Program-made: the position numbers and the translations under genes
The notes under the pieces: model-generated
Seen by the model: only the letters and a program-made list of their open reading frames with translations
Database searches by the model: none
Told to the model about the DNA's origin: nothing
Source: an uncultured Candidatus Saccharibacteria bacterium
Lineage (GTDB): Bacteria; Patescibacteriota; Minisyncoccia; UBA6257; UBA11618
Assembly (NCBI GenBank): GCA_964488085.1
Contig: CAZATK010000003.1
Coordinates: 1 to 38,721, forward strand
Reading direction: 5' to 3'
DNA length: 38,721 bases
Shown: positions 16,519 to 26,536 of the stretch, piece by piece
Numbering within the stretch: position 1 is the first letter of the stretch
Layout: every line of letters begins with the position of its first letter

Positions 16519-17534
16519 ATAAGTATTATAACGCTATTAACATTTTTTATAAAAGCCAATATATTTCAATACAAAAAGCTTGGAATAGGCATGGTTCTTG
16601 GGTTAAGGCCTGGAAAAATTTGGGAAAAGAAATAAAGATTGATCCGGATAAAGAGTGGGAAAAACTAGAGAAATATAACATTACCTTACTGCTTCCGTCA
16701 GATAAACAATTTCCGAAAATTATCAAAGAAATTCCCTCGCCACCTTTTGGATTATATATTAAAGGGAAATGCGAATTTCCATCGCCAGCCGTAGCTATCG
16801 TTGGAACTCGCAAGGCAACTCAAGAAGGACAAAGAATTAGCCAGCAATTTGGTTATGAATTAGCCGAACAAAATATTCCTGTAATTAGTGGTCTAGCATT
16901 AGGAGTAGATCAGGCCGCCCATAAAGGAGCTTTAGAAATTAAGGGAAAGACCATAGCAGTTCTTGCAAATGGGTTGGATATTATATATCCGCATCAACAT
17001 GAAAACTTAGCGAATAAAATATTGGAAAATAATGGAACTGTGGTTTCGGAATATCCCATAGAAACGCCCCCTTATCCTGTTAATTTTTTAGAAAGGAATA
17101 GAATTATAAGTGGCTTAAGCGTTGCAATCATCGTCATTGAAGCGCCTTATGGTTCGGGAGCATTATGCACCGCTCAATTTGCCGTAGAACAAAATAGGGA
17201 AGTTTTTGTTGTACCTGGCCCAATAAACCAGTCAAATTATGCCGGCTCTCACAATTTAATTAAAAGCGGCGCTTCTTTAATTACGATGGTTAATGATATA
17301 TTTGACGCCCTTAATCTTCCCCTAATTAAAGATGAGAAACGTCAAAACAAAAATATTAATTTGAACAAGGAACAAGAAACAGTTTTGAATTATATTGAAA
17401 ATGACGGCGGGTCTTTAAGTGTTGACAAAATTACTGAACTGACTAAACTTCAGCCCCATGTCGTCAATCAAACCATCGCCTTTCTTGTAATCAATGGCAT
17501 AATTAAAGAAGATAAGGGAAAATATTATTTATAA
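16512..17534 (+). CDS. dprA: DNA processing protein DprA/Smf
   Basis: AIVGTRKAT...ISGLALGVDQAAHKGAL Rossmann-like core and a C-terminal winged-helix tail. Confidence 0.9.
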   Translation: MPHKYYNAINIFYKSQYISIQKAWNRHGSWVKAWKNLGKEIKIDPDKEWEKLEKYNITLLLPSDKQFPKIIKEIPSPPFGLYIKGKCEFPSPAVAIVGTRKATQEGQRISQQFGYELAEQNIPVISGLALGVDQAAHKGALEIKGKTIAVLANGLDIIYPHQHENLANKILENNGTVVSEYPIETPPYPVNFLERNRIISGLSVAIIVIEAPYGSGALCTAQFAVEQNREVFVVPGPINQSNYAGSHNLIKSGASLITMVNDIFDALNLPLIKDEKRQNKNINLNKEQETVLNYIENDGGSLSVDKITELTKLQPHVVNQTIAFLVINGIIKEDKGKYYL

Positions 17535-17535
17535 T

Positions 17536-19548
17536 ATGACTAAATTAGTAATTGTAGAATCACCGACAAAAGCAAAAACTATTTCTCGATTTCTCTCAGA
17601 AGATTTTCAAGTGGAATCGTCTTTTGGTCATGTTCGCGATCTTCCTAAAAGTGTTTTAGGAATTGATGTGGAAAATAATTTCCAACCTAAATACCTGGTC
17701 CCTGTAAAAGCAAAAAAGGTTGTTTCTTACTTAAAATCCTTGGCTTCTAAAAGCGAGTTGGTAATACTGGCAACCGACGAAGATCGCGAAGGAGAGGCAA
17801 TTGCCTGGCATCTACTTGAATCATTACATTTGAAAGTAAAAAACACCGAAAGAGTGGTTTTTCATGAAATTACAAAATCAGCCATTGATTACGCCATTAA
17901 AAATCCCAGAGAATTGGACATGAATATGGTAGACGCGCAACAAGCGCGCCGAGTATTAGATAGAATAGTTGGTTATAAGCTTTCTCCGTTTTTGTGGAAA
18001 AAAATAGCGAGAGGATTATCTGCCGGTCGTGTTCAGTCGGTAGCTTTAAGATTAATAGTAGAAAGAGAAAACGAGATTAGAAATTTTAAATCAGAAGAAT
18101 ACTGGACAATTATTGCCGAATTAAAAGTTGAAAATGAAAAATTAAAAATTATTGAAGCAAGTTTAGTAAAAATAGATGATAAGCCATTAGATAAATTTGA
18201 AATTAAAAATAAAGAGCAAGCAGATAAAATTATATCTGATCTGGAAAAAGCAAAATATAAAGTTATAAGCATTACAAAAAAAGAAATTAAAAGAAATCCT
18301 CTGCCACCTTTTACTACAAGTACCTTACAACAAGAAGCGTCCAAAAAATTGGGCTTTTCCGCTAAAAGAACAATGCTGTTGGCTCAACGGCTTTATGAAA
18401 ACGGACACATAACATATATGCGTACTGATTCGGTTAATCTCTCTAAAGAATCAACTAGCGCTGTCAAAAATTGGTTAAATAAAGAATTGGGTGAAAAATA
18501 TTCAAGCCAAGCCCCCCGTATCTTTGAAACTAAATCAAAAACAGCGCAAGAGGCACATGAGGCGATTAGACCAACAGATGTTACGCAAACGCCAGAAAAA
18601 ATAAGTTTAGAAGACCTAAGTACGCAGAAGCTCTATAAAATTGTATGGCAAAGATTTGTGGCTTCCCAAATGCCACAAGCAATATTTGACAGCACGATGA
18701 TTGAGATTGGAGCCGATAAATATACCTTTCGTGCTTCAGGTAATATTCTAAAGTTTGACGGCTATTTAAAAATTTGGCCTCAAAAATTTGCTGAAAAAGA
18801 ATTACCAAACATTAAAAATAATGAAGGACTTGAACTTGAAAAGCTTAAGCCCGAGCAACATTTTACAGAACCCCCCCCTCGTTATAGCGAAGCAACATTA
18901 ATAAAAACCTTAGAAGAAAATGGAATTGGACGCCCGTCCACTTACGCCCCCATTATTTCCGTAATACAAGACCGGGAATACGCTCAAAAAGATCAGCCGG
19001 GCGGTGGAGGACGATTTATGCCAACGCCAATGGGAGAATTAGTAAATAAAGTTCTAACTGAACATTTTCCAGCAGTAGTAGATATAAATTTTACCGCAAA
19101 AATGGAAGATAGTTTAGACGCCGTAGCTGAAGGCAAAGAAAAATGGCAAGACCTTGTCGGAAGTTTTTATGGGCCATTTATTAAAAATTTAGAAAATAAA
19201 TATCAGGAAGTAAATTATCAAAAAATAGAAAAACCGGAGCCGGAAAAAACTGATGAGGTTTGTGAAAAATGTGGAAAGCCGATGGTGATTCGCACGGGAA
19301 GATTTGGTAAATTTATGGCCTGCTCTGGATTTCCAGAATGTAAAAATACCAAAAAAATTGCCTTTGATCCGAAACTGATAGGGATGAAATGCCCAAAATG
19401 CAATGAGGGAGATATAGTTGAAAGATTTACCAGAAAGGGAAGAAGTAGAATTTTCTGGGGATGCTCTCTATATCCTAAATGCGACTATGCTACATGGAAA
19501 AAACCGGTTATAATTTCTCCAGAACATTCAGCTTTAAAGGAGCCGTAA
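17536..19548 (+). CDS. topA: DNA topoisomerase I
   Basis: TOPRIM N-terminus (LVIVESPTKAKTI...ATDEDREGEAI), active-site region (ITYMRTDS) and C-terminal C4 zinc ribbons (CEKCGKPM...CPKCNEG). Confidence 0.95.
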   Translation: MTKLVIVESPTKAKTISRFLSEDFQVESSFGHVRDLPKSVLGIDVENNFQPKYLVPVKAKKVVSYLKSLASKSELVILATDEDREGEAIAWHLLESLHLKVKNTERVVFHEITKSAIDYAIKNPRELDMNMVDAQQARRVLDRIVGYKLSPFLWKKIARGLSAGRVQSVALRLIVERENEIRNFKSEEYWTIIAELKVENEKLKIIEASLVKIDDKPLDKFEIKNKEQADKIISDLEKAKYKVISITKKEIKRNPLPPFTTSTLQQEASKKLGFSAKRTMLLAQRLYENGHITYMRTDSVNLSKESTSAVKNWLNKELGEKYSSQAPRIFETKSKTAQEAHEAIRPTDVTQTPEKISLEDLSTQKLYKIVWQRFVASQMPQAIFDSTMIEIGADKYTFRASGNILKFDGYLKIWPQKFAEKELPNIKNNEGLELEKLKPEQHFTEPPPRYSEATLIKTLEENGIGRPSTYAPIISVIQDREYAQKDQPGGGGRFMPTPMGELVNKVLTEHFPAVVDINFTAKMEDSLDAVAEGKEKWQDLVGSFYGPFIKNLENKYQEVNYQKIEKPEPEKTDEVCEKCGKPMVIRTGRFGKFMACSGFPECKNTKKIAFDPKLIGMKCPKCNEGDIVERFTRKGRSRIFWGCSLYPKCDYATWKKPVIISPEHSALKEP

Positions 19549-19549
19549 A

Positions 19550-20092
19550 TTGATAATTCTAGTTGACCAAGATGACGTTCTCGCTGGTTTCAACGTAGAA
19601 TTTAATAGACTATGGAAGCCCATTTGTCCGCCAAACTTTTATATTCCTCCCGAAAAACAACTATTGCATGATTTAGCTTCTTGTTATCCAGATTTTTTAA
19701 GACCATCACTTGAACCAATCTACACAGCTCCAGGTTTTGTTAGAAATCTTCCACCTATTAAAGAAGGTATTGAAGCGGTAAGGGAAATGTTAAGTATGGG
19801 AATTGAAGTGCGTATATGCACAGCACCTCTGAAAAATTATGGAAATTGTGTTTTGGAAAAATATCAATGGATAGAACATTATTTAGGGAGAGAATTTGTA
19901 GAAAGAATTATTTTAACAAGAGATAAAACCTTAGTGCATGGAGATTTTCTTATTGATGACAAGCCAGACATAAAAGGCGTCGCGCAACCAACTTGGGAAC
20001 AAATTATTTTTGATCAACCGTGGAATCAGCAAGTTCTGATAAAAAAGAGATTGTTCAACTGGAATAATTGGAAAAAATTAATAGGCGTTTAA
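19550..20092 (+). CDS. 5'(3')-deoxyribonucleotidase (NT5C/HAD family)
   Basis: ILVDQDDVLAGFN DxDxV HAD motif I, and FLIDD motif near the C-terminus. TTG start 1 nt after the topA stop. Confidence 0.7.
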   Translation: MIILVDQDDVLAGFNVEFNRLWKPICPPNFYIPPEKQLLHDLASCYPDFLRPSLEPIYTAPGFVRNLPPIKEGIEAVREMLSMGIEVRICTAPLKNYGNCVLEKYQWIEHYLGREFVERIILTRDKTLVHGDFLIDDKPDIKGVAQPTWEQIIFDQPWNQQVLIKKRLFNWNNWKKLIGV

Positions 20093-20153
20093 TGCCTATT
20101 ATTTTTTTTATGTCAAGACTAGAAAATAAGCAACGCAAGAGTAGATTAATATT

Positions 20154-21815
20154 GTGACTTTTGAAGAGCTTCTTAAAAACAGCCCTGTTATTAAAAAAGC
20201 TTTTAATTTTTCTAAAAAAGCCCACGCCGGACAAAAAAGAAAAAATGGCGAGCCGTATTTTAATCATCCGCTAGCGGCGGCAAAAACTATTATAGAAGAG
20301 TGGAAATTTGACGACCCGGCAACCATTGCCGCCGCCCTGCTTCACGATGTGGCAGAAGATACTCCGCACGACATAAATGAGATTAAAAGAGATTTTGATG
20401 AAGAAATTGCCTTTTTAGTGGACGGAGTTACTAAACTTGGACACGTGAAATATAGAGGGGTGGGAACCCGCGTAGAAAATATGCGCAAGTTCATTTTGGC
20501 TTTAAGTAAAGACATAAGAGTGCTTTTGATAAAACTTGCTGATCGCCTCCACAACATGAGAACTTTAAATGCTCTTCCTCCGCAAAAACAAAAAAGAATC
20601 GCTTTAGAAACAACGGAAATTTATGCGCCACTCGCCTATCGCTTGGGAATGTTTAGTGTAAGCGGTGAATTAGAAGATCTGGCCTTCCCCTATATATATC
20701 CGCAAGAACATAAATGGCTTTTGGAAAATGTTAAAGAGAAATTTGAAGAAAGAGAAAGATATGCAAAAAAAATAATTCCGATAATTACCGAGGAATTAAA
20801 AAATAATAATATTCTTTTAACTAAAATAGATTTCAGAGCCAAAAGATACGCTAGTTTGTACAAAAAACTTCTCAAACACGAAATGAATTTAGATGATATT
20901 TATGATTTGGTAGCTGTCAGAGCTATTGTTCCGACTATAGAAAATTGTTATAACGCTCTCGGCGTTGTTCACAAAATATGGCAACCGTTGCCCAATAGAA
21001 TAAAAGATTATATAGCTTTGCCAAAAATTAATGGATATAAAAGTTTGCACACAACTATTTTCGGACCAGAACAGAGAATAATTGAGATTCAAATAAGAAC
21101 TCCGGAAATGCACGAAGTGGCCGAAAATGGCATCGCGGCTCATTGGGCTTATCAAAAAAATAGGGCGTCCATTGTAGCTTCCACACAAGAACTGTCATTA
21201 GTGCAAAAACTTCGTAACTGGCAAACTAATAAAGATTATAATCTGGAGGATTTAAAAATAGATTTTTTCAAAGACAGAATTATGGTTCTTACCCCAAAAG
21301 GTGAAGTTATTGACTTGCCCCAAGGTTCTACTCCAGTAGATTTTGCGTATCAAATACACAGTGAAATTGGCAACCACTGCATCGGAGCTAAAATTAACGG
21401 CAAAATAGTGTCATTAGACACCAAGCTTAAATCCGGAGATTTAATAGAAATATTGATCCAAAAAAATAAACTGCCATCTGAATCCTGGTTGAGTTTTGTT
21501 AAGACAAGTCATGCCAAAAATCATATCCGCTCCGCGCTTAAGTACAAAAAAATGGGAATATTAAGACACGAAAATACGCAAACAGAACTTAAAATAGTAG
21601 TTGAGGATAGAATTGGAATACTTAATGACATAACTAAAATTATTGCTCGATCACACATTAATATAATGTCCCATCAAAGCCAGTTTGCTGTTAAAAATAA
21701 ATTTAAAACTGTAAAAATAGTTTGTAATTTAATCAACAAAGATAAATTGGAAAAATTGATAATTAAACTTAAAGAAATAAAAGGAGTTAAATCAATAGAG
21801 CATCATTTTATTTGA
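20154..21815 (+). CDS. RelA/SpoT-family (p)ppGpp synthetase/hydrolase
   Basis: HD hydrolase domain (LLHDVAEDT, ADRLHNMRT), synthetase domain (YKSLHTT), TGS and a C-terminal ACT-like domain. GTG start. Confidence 0.9.
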   Translation: MTFEELLKNSPVIKKAFNFSKKAHAGQKRKNGEPYFNHPLAAAKTIIEEWKFDDPATIAAALLHDVAEDTPHDINEIKRDFDEEIAFLVDGVTKLGHVKYRGVGTRVENMRKFILALSKDIRVLLIKLADRLHNMRTLNALPPQKQKRIALETTEIYAPLAYRLGMFSVSGELEDLAFPYIYPQEHKWLLENVKEKFEERERYAKKIIPIITEELKNNNILLTKIDFRAKRYASLYKKLLKHEMNLDDIYDLVAVRAIVPTIENCYNALGVVHKIWQPLPNRIKDYIALPKINGYKSLHTTIFGPEQRIIEIQIRTPEMHEVAENGIAAHWAYQKNRASIVASTQELSLVQKLRNWQTNKDYNLEDLKIDFFKDRIMVLTPKGEVIDLPQGSTPVDFAYQIHSEIGNHCIGAKINGKIVSLDTKLKSGDLIEILIQKNKLPSESWLSFVKTSHAKNHIRSALKYKKMGILRHENTQTELKIVVEDRIGILNDITKIIARSHINIMSHQSQFAVKNKFKTVKIVCNLINKDKLEKLIIKLKEIKGVKSIEHHFI

Positions 21816-22722
21816 ACAGTTGCCCAAACTTTTCAATAATTGCCCGCAACTCTTCATCGGAATAAAAATTAATAATTAGTTTTCCATTAGAACCATTTTT
21901 CTGAAAAGTTATTTTAGTCCCTAATCGTTCTTGTAATTTATCTGCCCAAAAAGATAATTGCGGATCAACAGAAGAAACAGTGGTTGCCGCAATATTTGAA
22001 CTAGGATTGTTAAGACGAGAAATTTTTGAACGCAAATCGCGAACACTCACATTATTATTTACAATTTCGTCAAATAATTTTTGTTGTTGAATCTGATCAT
22101 TAAGAGTCAAAAGCAATCTTCCCTGACTTTCACTTAATTTATTATTAGCAATGGCTTCTTGCATCTGCGTGGGAAGATTTAATAATCTCATTAGATTAGA
22201 AATCGTTTCACGGCTCTTGCCTAAACGCGCGGCGATTTCTCTTTGAGTTAAACCGAACTCTTCCGCCAACTTAGCGCAAGAACGAGCCGATTCGATGGGG
22301 TTTAGATCGGCCCGTTGCATATTTTCAACAATTGCCATTTCCAGTTTTTCTTTTTCTTGAGAAATAACCCGAACAATAGCCGGCACTCTTTCTAACCCAA
22401 TTAATTTTGCCGCTTTTAATCTTCTTTCTCCGGCAACTAACTGATAAGCAACATCAGTACCGCTATTAGTGACTGTTTCTATTTTAGAAATTATTAGCGG
22501 TTGAATAATTCCCATTTCCCGAATAGAAGATGCTAATTCTTGCAAAGATGTTTCATCAAAAAATTTGCGTGGTTGGTGCGGATTGGGCTTGATTTTATCA
22601 ACCTCAATTTGAAACACCGCCTCTACTCCCCGTTTATCAGCAGTTAGGTCCTGATACTTGGGACGATTCTCCTCATTATTATTTTTATTTGGTATTAAAG
22701 ATTCTAATCCCTTACCTAGCAT
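21808..22722 (-). CDS. parB: chromosome partitioning protein ParB/Spo0J
   Basis: PHQPRK, LVAGERRLKAAK and an HTH (TQREIAARLGKSRETISN). Confidence 0.92.
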   Translation of the reverse strand: MLGKGLESLIPNKNNNEENRPKYQDLTADKRGVEAVFQIEVDKIKPNPHQPRKFFDETSLQELASSIREMGIIQPLIISKIETVTNSGTDVAYQLVAGERRLKAAKLIGLERVPAIVRVISQEKEKLEMAIVENMQRADLNPIESARSCAKLAEEFGLTQREIAARLGKSRETISNLMRLLNLPTQMQEAIANNKLSESQGRLLLTLNDQIQQQKLFDEIVNNNVSVRDLRSKISRLNNPSSNIAATTVSSVDPQLSFWADKLQERLGTKITFQKNGSNGKLIINFYSDEELRAIIEKFGQLFK

Positions 22723-23497
22723 AATTTTCTTGATTTATTATTTCTTTAGCCAATCTTTCGTATGCTCTCGCTCCAATTGAATTGGGATCATAAAAGCAAA
22801 TTGGCTGTCCAAAACTGGGAGCTTCGGCCAAAGCCACCACTCTCGGAATTTCCACTTCAAAAACATGGCCGACAAAATGACGTCTTAATTCTTTGGAAAC
22901 TTCACGGGATAAATGCTCTCTATTATCATACATTGTGAGCAACGCTCCGGCAATTTTAATAGAGTGCCCGAAATTATAATTTATTAAATCAACTGTTTCT
23001 AAAAGCTGGCTTAGTCCTTCTAATCCATAATATTCACATTGCACTGGAATTAATACTTCTTGAGCCGCTACTAAACCATTGATGGTAAGCATGCTAACAC
23101 TAGGCGGTAAATCAATTAAAATGTAATCGTAGTTGTTTGATATTGATTTTAAAAAATTGGCTAAATAATATTCTCTCTTTTCTTTATCTAATAATTCAAC
23201 GGTCATACCGGCTAATGAAGGATGCGAGGGAATAAAGTGATATCCGGGAATTGATGATTGCTTAATTATTTCTTGAATGTTTTTTCTACCAACCAATCCA
23301 TCATAAATATTAGAACCTTCGCCATCGCGAAAATTAAATCCCAAACCGGAACTGGCATTGCTTTGAGGATCAAAATCCACCAACAAAACTCTCTTTCCGT
23401 AAAGAGCTAAATAACTGCCAAGATTTACAGAGGTCGTTGTTTTGCCAACTCCACCTTTTTGATTGCAAACGGCGATAATTCTTGCCATTATTATCAT
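22712..23497 (-). CDS. parA: chromosome partitioning ATPase ParA/Soj
   Basis: Deviant Walker A motif NQKGGVGKTT. The probable true start is the Met at 23488 (MARIIAV). Confidence 0.92.
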   Translation of the reverse strand: MIIMARIIAVCNQKGGVGKTTTSVNLGSYLALYGKRVLLVDFDPQSNASSGLGFNFRDGEGSNIYDGLVGRKNIQEIIKQSSIPGYHFIPSHPSLAGMTVELLDKEKREYYLANFLKSISNNYDYILIDLPPSVSMLTINGLVAAQEVLIPVQCEYYGLEGLSQLLETVDLINYNFGHSIKIAGALLTMYDNREHLSREVSKELRRHFVGHVFEVEIPRVVALAEAPSFGQPICFYDPNSIGARAYERLAKEIINQENYAR

Positions 23498-23530
23498 TTT
23501 AAAGTAATTTGAATGATATTAAAAGATTTT

Positions 23531-23617
23531 GGTGGGGTGGCCGAGTGGCTTAAGGCGTCGTTCTCGAAAAGCGATTGGGGAGCAATCCCCTCGTGAGTTC
23601 AAATCTCACCCCCACCG
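23531..23617 (+). tRNA. tRNA-Ser (anticodon CGA), class II
   Basis: GGTGGGGTGGCCGAGTGGCTTAAGGCGTCGTTCTCGAAAAGCGATTGGGGAGCAATCCCCTCGTGAGTTCAAATCTCACCCCCACCG. Anticodon loop cTCGAaa. Long variable arm. Confidence 0.9.
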
Positions 23618-23702
23618 CCTCGAACTATATCTATTGGTATTTTAAAAAAATTATGTTATCATGTACAAAGTTTTTTGAGAACCTCAAAATAGGAGAAAAC
23701 AA

Positions 23703-24134
23703 GTGACACCTTCAATGCCTAATGAAGACATTGTGCTCTTTAATAGAATAAAGCGAAGTCTGTCAGGTTTGCCTGATACGGTAACTTTCACTGACGGAAA
23801 AATCATATCTTGTCACATGCTCTCAAGAGCAGTTTCTATTGTATTTAAAATAAGGTGTCATGATGGATTCTTTTGTAGTCGTTACCGACACTCATGGGTC
23901 ACAACCCCAAATAATAATATAATTGACCTTTGTCCAGTTGCTACGGTTGGCGGTCCTATTATGTATTCTAATGACCCAACGTCTCCAGCTATAACTCTTT
24001 ATACGCCTGTTTCAACTCTTTGTAGTTCTGTAAAAAACGAATCATTTGAAAAAGCTGTGAAGGCAATAATTAGTTCATTGGAACAAAACTTAGAAGGAGG
24101 TTCCCAGCCATGTTTCACAATGTCGTTAAAATGA
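23703..24134 (+). CDS. hypothetical protein, possible transglutaminase-like/papain-like Cys-His-Asp fold
   Basis: SD aggagaaaacaaGTG. The spacing SC(37)HML...RHSWV...NNIIDL resembles the C...H.W...D triad of transglutaminase-core proteins. Motif-level only. Confidence 0.4.
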   Translation: MTPSMPNEDIVLFNRIKRSLSGLPDTVTFTDGKIISCHMLSRAVSIVFKIRCHDGFFCSRYRHSWVTTPNNNIIDLCPVATVGGPIMYSNDPTSPAITLYTPVSTLCSSVKNESFEKAVKAIISSLEQNLEGGSQPCFTMSLK

Positions 24135-24316
24135 CCATTAGAGTAATTGGTTATCTTTTCTTTTTTTTCGGAGTTTTTTCTTCTTTAGCCGCCATGTCAG
24201 ACGTCATTAATAATGAGATAGTAATATTGAGAGCCGAAGAATCAACTGCCTTGGCAATGACTGTTTTTTGCCCTTTTGCAATTTCCGCAGTTGCTCATTA
24301 TATTTCCAAAGGTTAG
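24110..24316 (+). CDS. small two-TM membrane protein (68 aa)
   Basis: Strong SD (gaaggaggttcccagccATG). Overlaps the upstream ORF by 25 nt. Two hydrophobic helices. A terminator follows. Confidence 0.55.
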   Translation: MFHNVVKMTIRVIGYLFFFFGVFSSLAAMSDVINNEIVILRAEESTALAMTVFCPFAISAVAHYISKG

Positions 24317-24352
24317 CCGTCCATTCAACAAGATCGGGACGGCTTTTTTTAT
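24315..24352 (+). terminator. rho-independent terminator
   Basis: agccgtcc...ggacggct followed by ttttttatttttt. Confidence 0.8.
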
Positions 24353-24363
24353 TTTTTCTTTCA

Positions 24364-24410
24364 AGAAAAAATAACCCTTCCGAAGCTCGCCATAGGCGAG
24401 CGAAGGAGGG
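24364..24410 (-). terminator. rho-independent terminator of guaB (GC-rich module)
   Basis: The minus strand reads ccctccttcgctcgcc-tat-ggcgagcttcggaaggg followed by ttatttttt. Confidence 0.75.
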
Positions 24411-24412
24411 TA

Positions 24413-25831
24413 TTAAAGGCGAGGCAAGCTTTCTTTCATGCCAGCTTCCGTCATACGAATAAATTTCGCTTTTTGCCAAAATTCTTTAATATTTTTGGCA
24501 CCGCTATAACTCATACCGGACTGAAGCCCGTCAATTAAATTTTGGAGTATTTTTTTAACTTCGCCTCTGTAAGGAACTCTGGTACTTACTCCCTCTGGGG
24601 CTCTCTCTTGCCGTTCTACATTTTTTTCTAAAGCATTTCTGTTAATAGAGGAATCTCTGGAAGCCAATCCACGATACACCTTAACAGCCGCTCCATTTTC
24701 AATAAAATATTCTCCCGGAGATTCTTTGGTGCCGGCAAATAAACTGCCAATCATAACAGTTGACGCCCCAGCCGCCATTGCTTTAGCTAAATCACCCGAA
24801 TTTGTTATTCCTCCATCGGCAATAATCGGTACGCTATATTTTCTGGCCAACTTACTTGATTCCAATATAGCCGTTACTTGCGGTACCCCAGCTCCAGCAA
24901 CAACTCGAGTTGAACAAACAGCCCCCGGGCCAATTCCAATCTTAACCGCATCGGCGCCAGCCGAAATTAAATCCTTAGTCCCATCAGCAGTCGCAACATT
25001 ACCGGCAATCACGTCAGTATTTTTGTACTTTTTTTTTAAATCTTTTACTAAATTAATGCAGGTTTTATGATGGCCATGAGCAATATCAATAACCAAAGCG
25101 TCAACGCCAACTTTGATTAATTTATCAGCTCTCTCTAATCCGTCCTTAACGCCGATGGCCGCCCCCACCAGCAACCTTCCTTTTTTGTCTTTGGCAGATA
25201 ATTGATGCTTATTGATTTTTGCAAAATCAGATGCCGTAATTAATCCTTGTAATATTCCTTTTTTATTTATTAAAGGTAATTTTTCGATTTTATATTTAGA
25301 AAGAATTTCTATTGCCTCTTCCGATTTTATTGAAATATTTGCAGTAATTAATTTAGAACGCGGAGTCATAATTTTTTCCACCGAATTATCTAGATCTTTA
25401 CGAAATCGAACATCGCGTGAAGTAATAATGCCCTCTAGAAATCCTTTATCATTAACTACTAAGATACCGTTGATGCCCTGTTCGGTCATCAATAATAAAA
25501 CATCTTTTAATCTTGCTTCTTTTTTAATTGTTACAGGATCAGAAATAATTAAATTTTCTGCTCTTTTTACTTTTTGCACTTCCGCAACTTGAACATCAGC
25601 AGGAATAAAGCGATGAATAATACCTATTCCTCCTTCACGAGCGATAGCTATTGCCATAGCGGATTCGGTTACCGTATCCATATTAGCACTGACTATAGGA
25701 ATATTTAATTTTAAATTACGAGAAAAATTAGTGCTTAAATTAATAAGTCTGCGAGAAAGTATTTTAGAGTATTGTGGAACCAAAAGCACATCATCAAAAG
25801 ACAGGCCTAAGGGAATTAAATTATTAGACAT
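24413..25831 (-). CDS. guaB: IMP dehydrogenase
   Basis: [14 protein letters not shown]-terminus, a CBS pair, catalytic loop [11 protein letters not shown] and GGITNSGD. Confidence 0.93.
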   Translation of the reverse strand: MSNNLIPLGLSFDDVLLVPQYSKILSRRLINLSTNFSRNLKLNIPIVSANMDTVTESAMAIAIAREGGIGIIHRFIPADVQVAEVQKVKRAENLIISDPVTIKKEARLKDVLLLMTEQGINGILVVNDKGFLEGIITSRDVRFRKDLDNSVEKIMTPRSKLITANISIKSEEAIEILSKYKIEKLPLINKKGILQGLITASDFAKINKHQLSAKDKKGRLLVGAAIGVKDGLERADKLIKVGVDALVIDIAHGHHKTCINLVKDLKKKYKNTDVIAGNVATADGTKDLISAGADAVKIGIGPGAVCSTRVVAGAGVPQVTAILESSKLARKYSVPIIADGGITNSGDLAKAMAAGASTVMIGSLFAGTKESPGEYFIENGAAVKVYRGLASRDSSINRNALEKNVERQERAPEGVSTRVPYRGEVKKILQNLIDGLQSGMSYSGAKNIKEFWQKAKFIRMTEAGMKESLPRL

Positions 25832-25882
25832 ACAAACTTAACAATTATAACAGAATAATGTAACTTAAGGAATAGTTAGGAG

Positions 25883-25953
25883 GGGCCTATAGTTAAGTGG
25901 CAGAACACCTCATTTGCAATGAGGAGACGGCGGTTCGATTCCGCCTAGGTCCA
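25883..25953 (+). tRNA. tRNA-Cys (anticodon GCA)
   Basis: GGGCCTATAGTTAAGTGGCAGAACACCTCATTTGCAATGAGGAGACGGCGGTTCGATTCCGCCTAGGTCCA. Anticodon loop tTGCAa. Confidence 0.88.
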
Positions 25954-25959
25954 CTAAAT

Positions 25960-26508
25960 ATGAGAATAGCAGTTATTGGACCACAAAATACCGGGAAAAC
26001 TACCTTTCTAAAAGATTTTTTAAAAGATTTTCCGAAATATAAAACTACAAAGAAAACTTATAGAGATGTAATTGCTAAAAATAGATTGAATATCAATCAA
26101 AAGACGAACGAGAAATCTCAAAAGATGATAATGGAATTTCTTTATAAAGAAATTACTAAGAACAAATTACCTAATATTTTATTTGATAGATGCTTGATTG
26201 ATAATTATGTTTACAGTTATTGCGCTTATTTGAAGGGGGAAATTTCTAAGGAATTTATTTTAGTAACACAAAGAAAAATGTTCGATCATTTAAAGTTTTT
26301 AGATGTCATAATTTTTATTCCCACATCTGTGTCTGTTAAATTGATTAATGATAATGTAAGAGATATTGATACTGGATTTATTGATCTTGTAAATAAAATA
26401 TTTTTTGAGGTGCTTTTCGAAATTTCTCATAAAACAAACATCTTAATTTTTGTAATTTCTGGGAATAGAGCAGAAAGAATAAGACAAGTAAGGGGAAAAT
26501 TATCTTAA
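25960..26508 (+). CDS. P-loop NTPase (AAA_28/NadR-like ATPase or kinase)
   Basis: The ORF-track start at 25897 overlaps tRNA-Cys, so the call is trimmed to the Met at 25960 (MRIAVIGPQNTGKTTF, Walker A). Confidence 0.6.
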   Translation: MRIAVIGPQNTGKTTFLKDFLKDFPKYKTTKKTYRDVIAKNRLNINQKTNEKSQKMIMEFLYKEITKNKLPNILFDRCLIDNYVYSYCAYLKGEISKEFILVTQRKMFDHLKFLDVIIFIPTSVSVKLINDNVRDIDTGFIDLVNKIFFEVLFEISHKTNILIFVISGNRAERIRQVRGKLS

Positions 26509-26536
26509 AATCTTGTAATTTGTTAAAATACCTTTT

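Noticed and set aside
24207-24479. ORFs 24207-24479 (-) and 24268-24462 (+) spanning the back-to-back terminator region.
   Set aside because: They run through two terminator hairpins and overlap the 68-aa gene and the guaB 3' end. They have no SD and are an artefact of the GC-rich hairpin sequence.
25897-25959. ORF-track start of the P-loop gene at 25897.
   Set aside because: The first 21 codons overlap tRNA-Cys (25883-25953). The Walker A motif follows the Met at 25960, so the CDS was trimmed.
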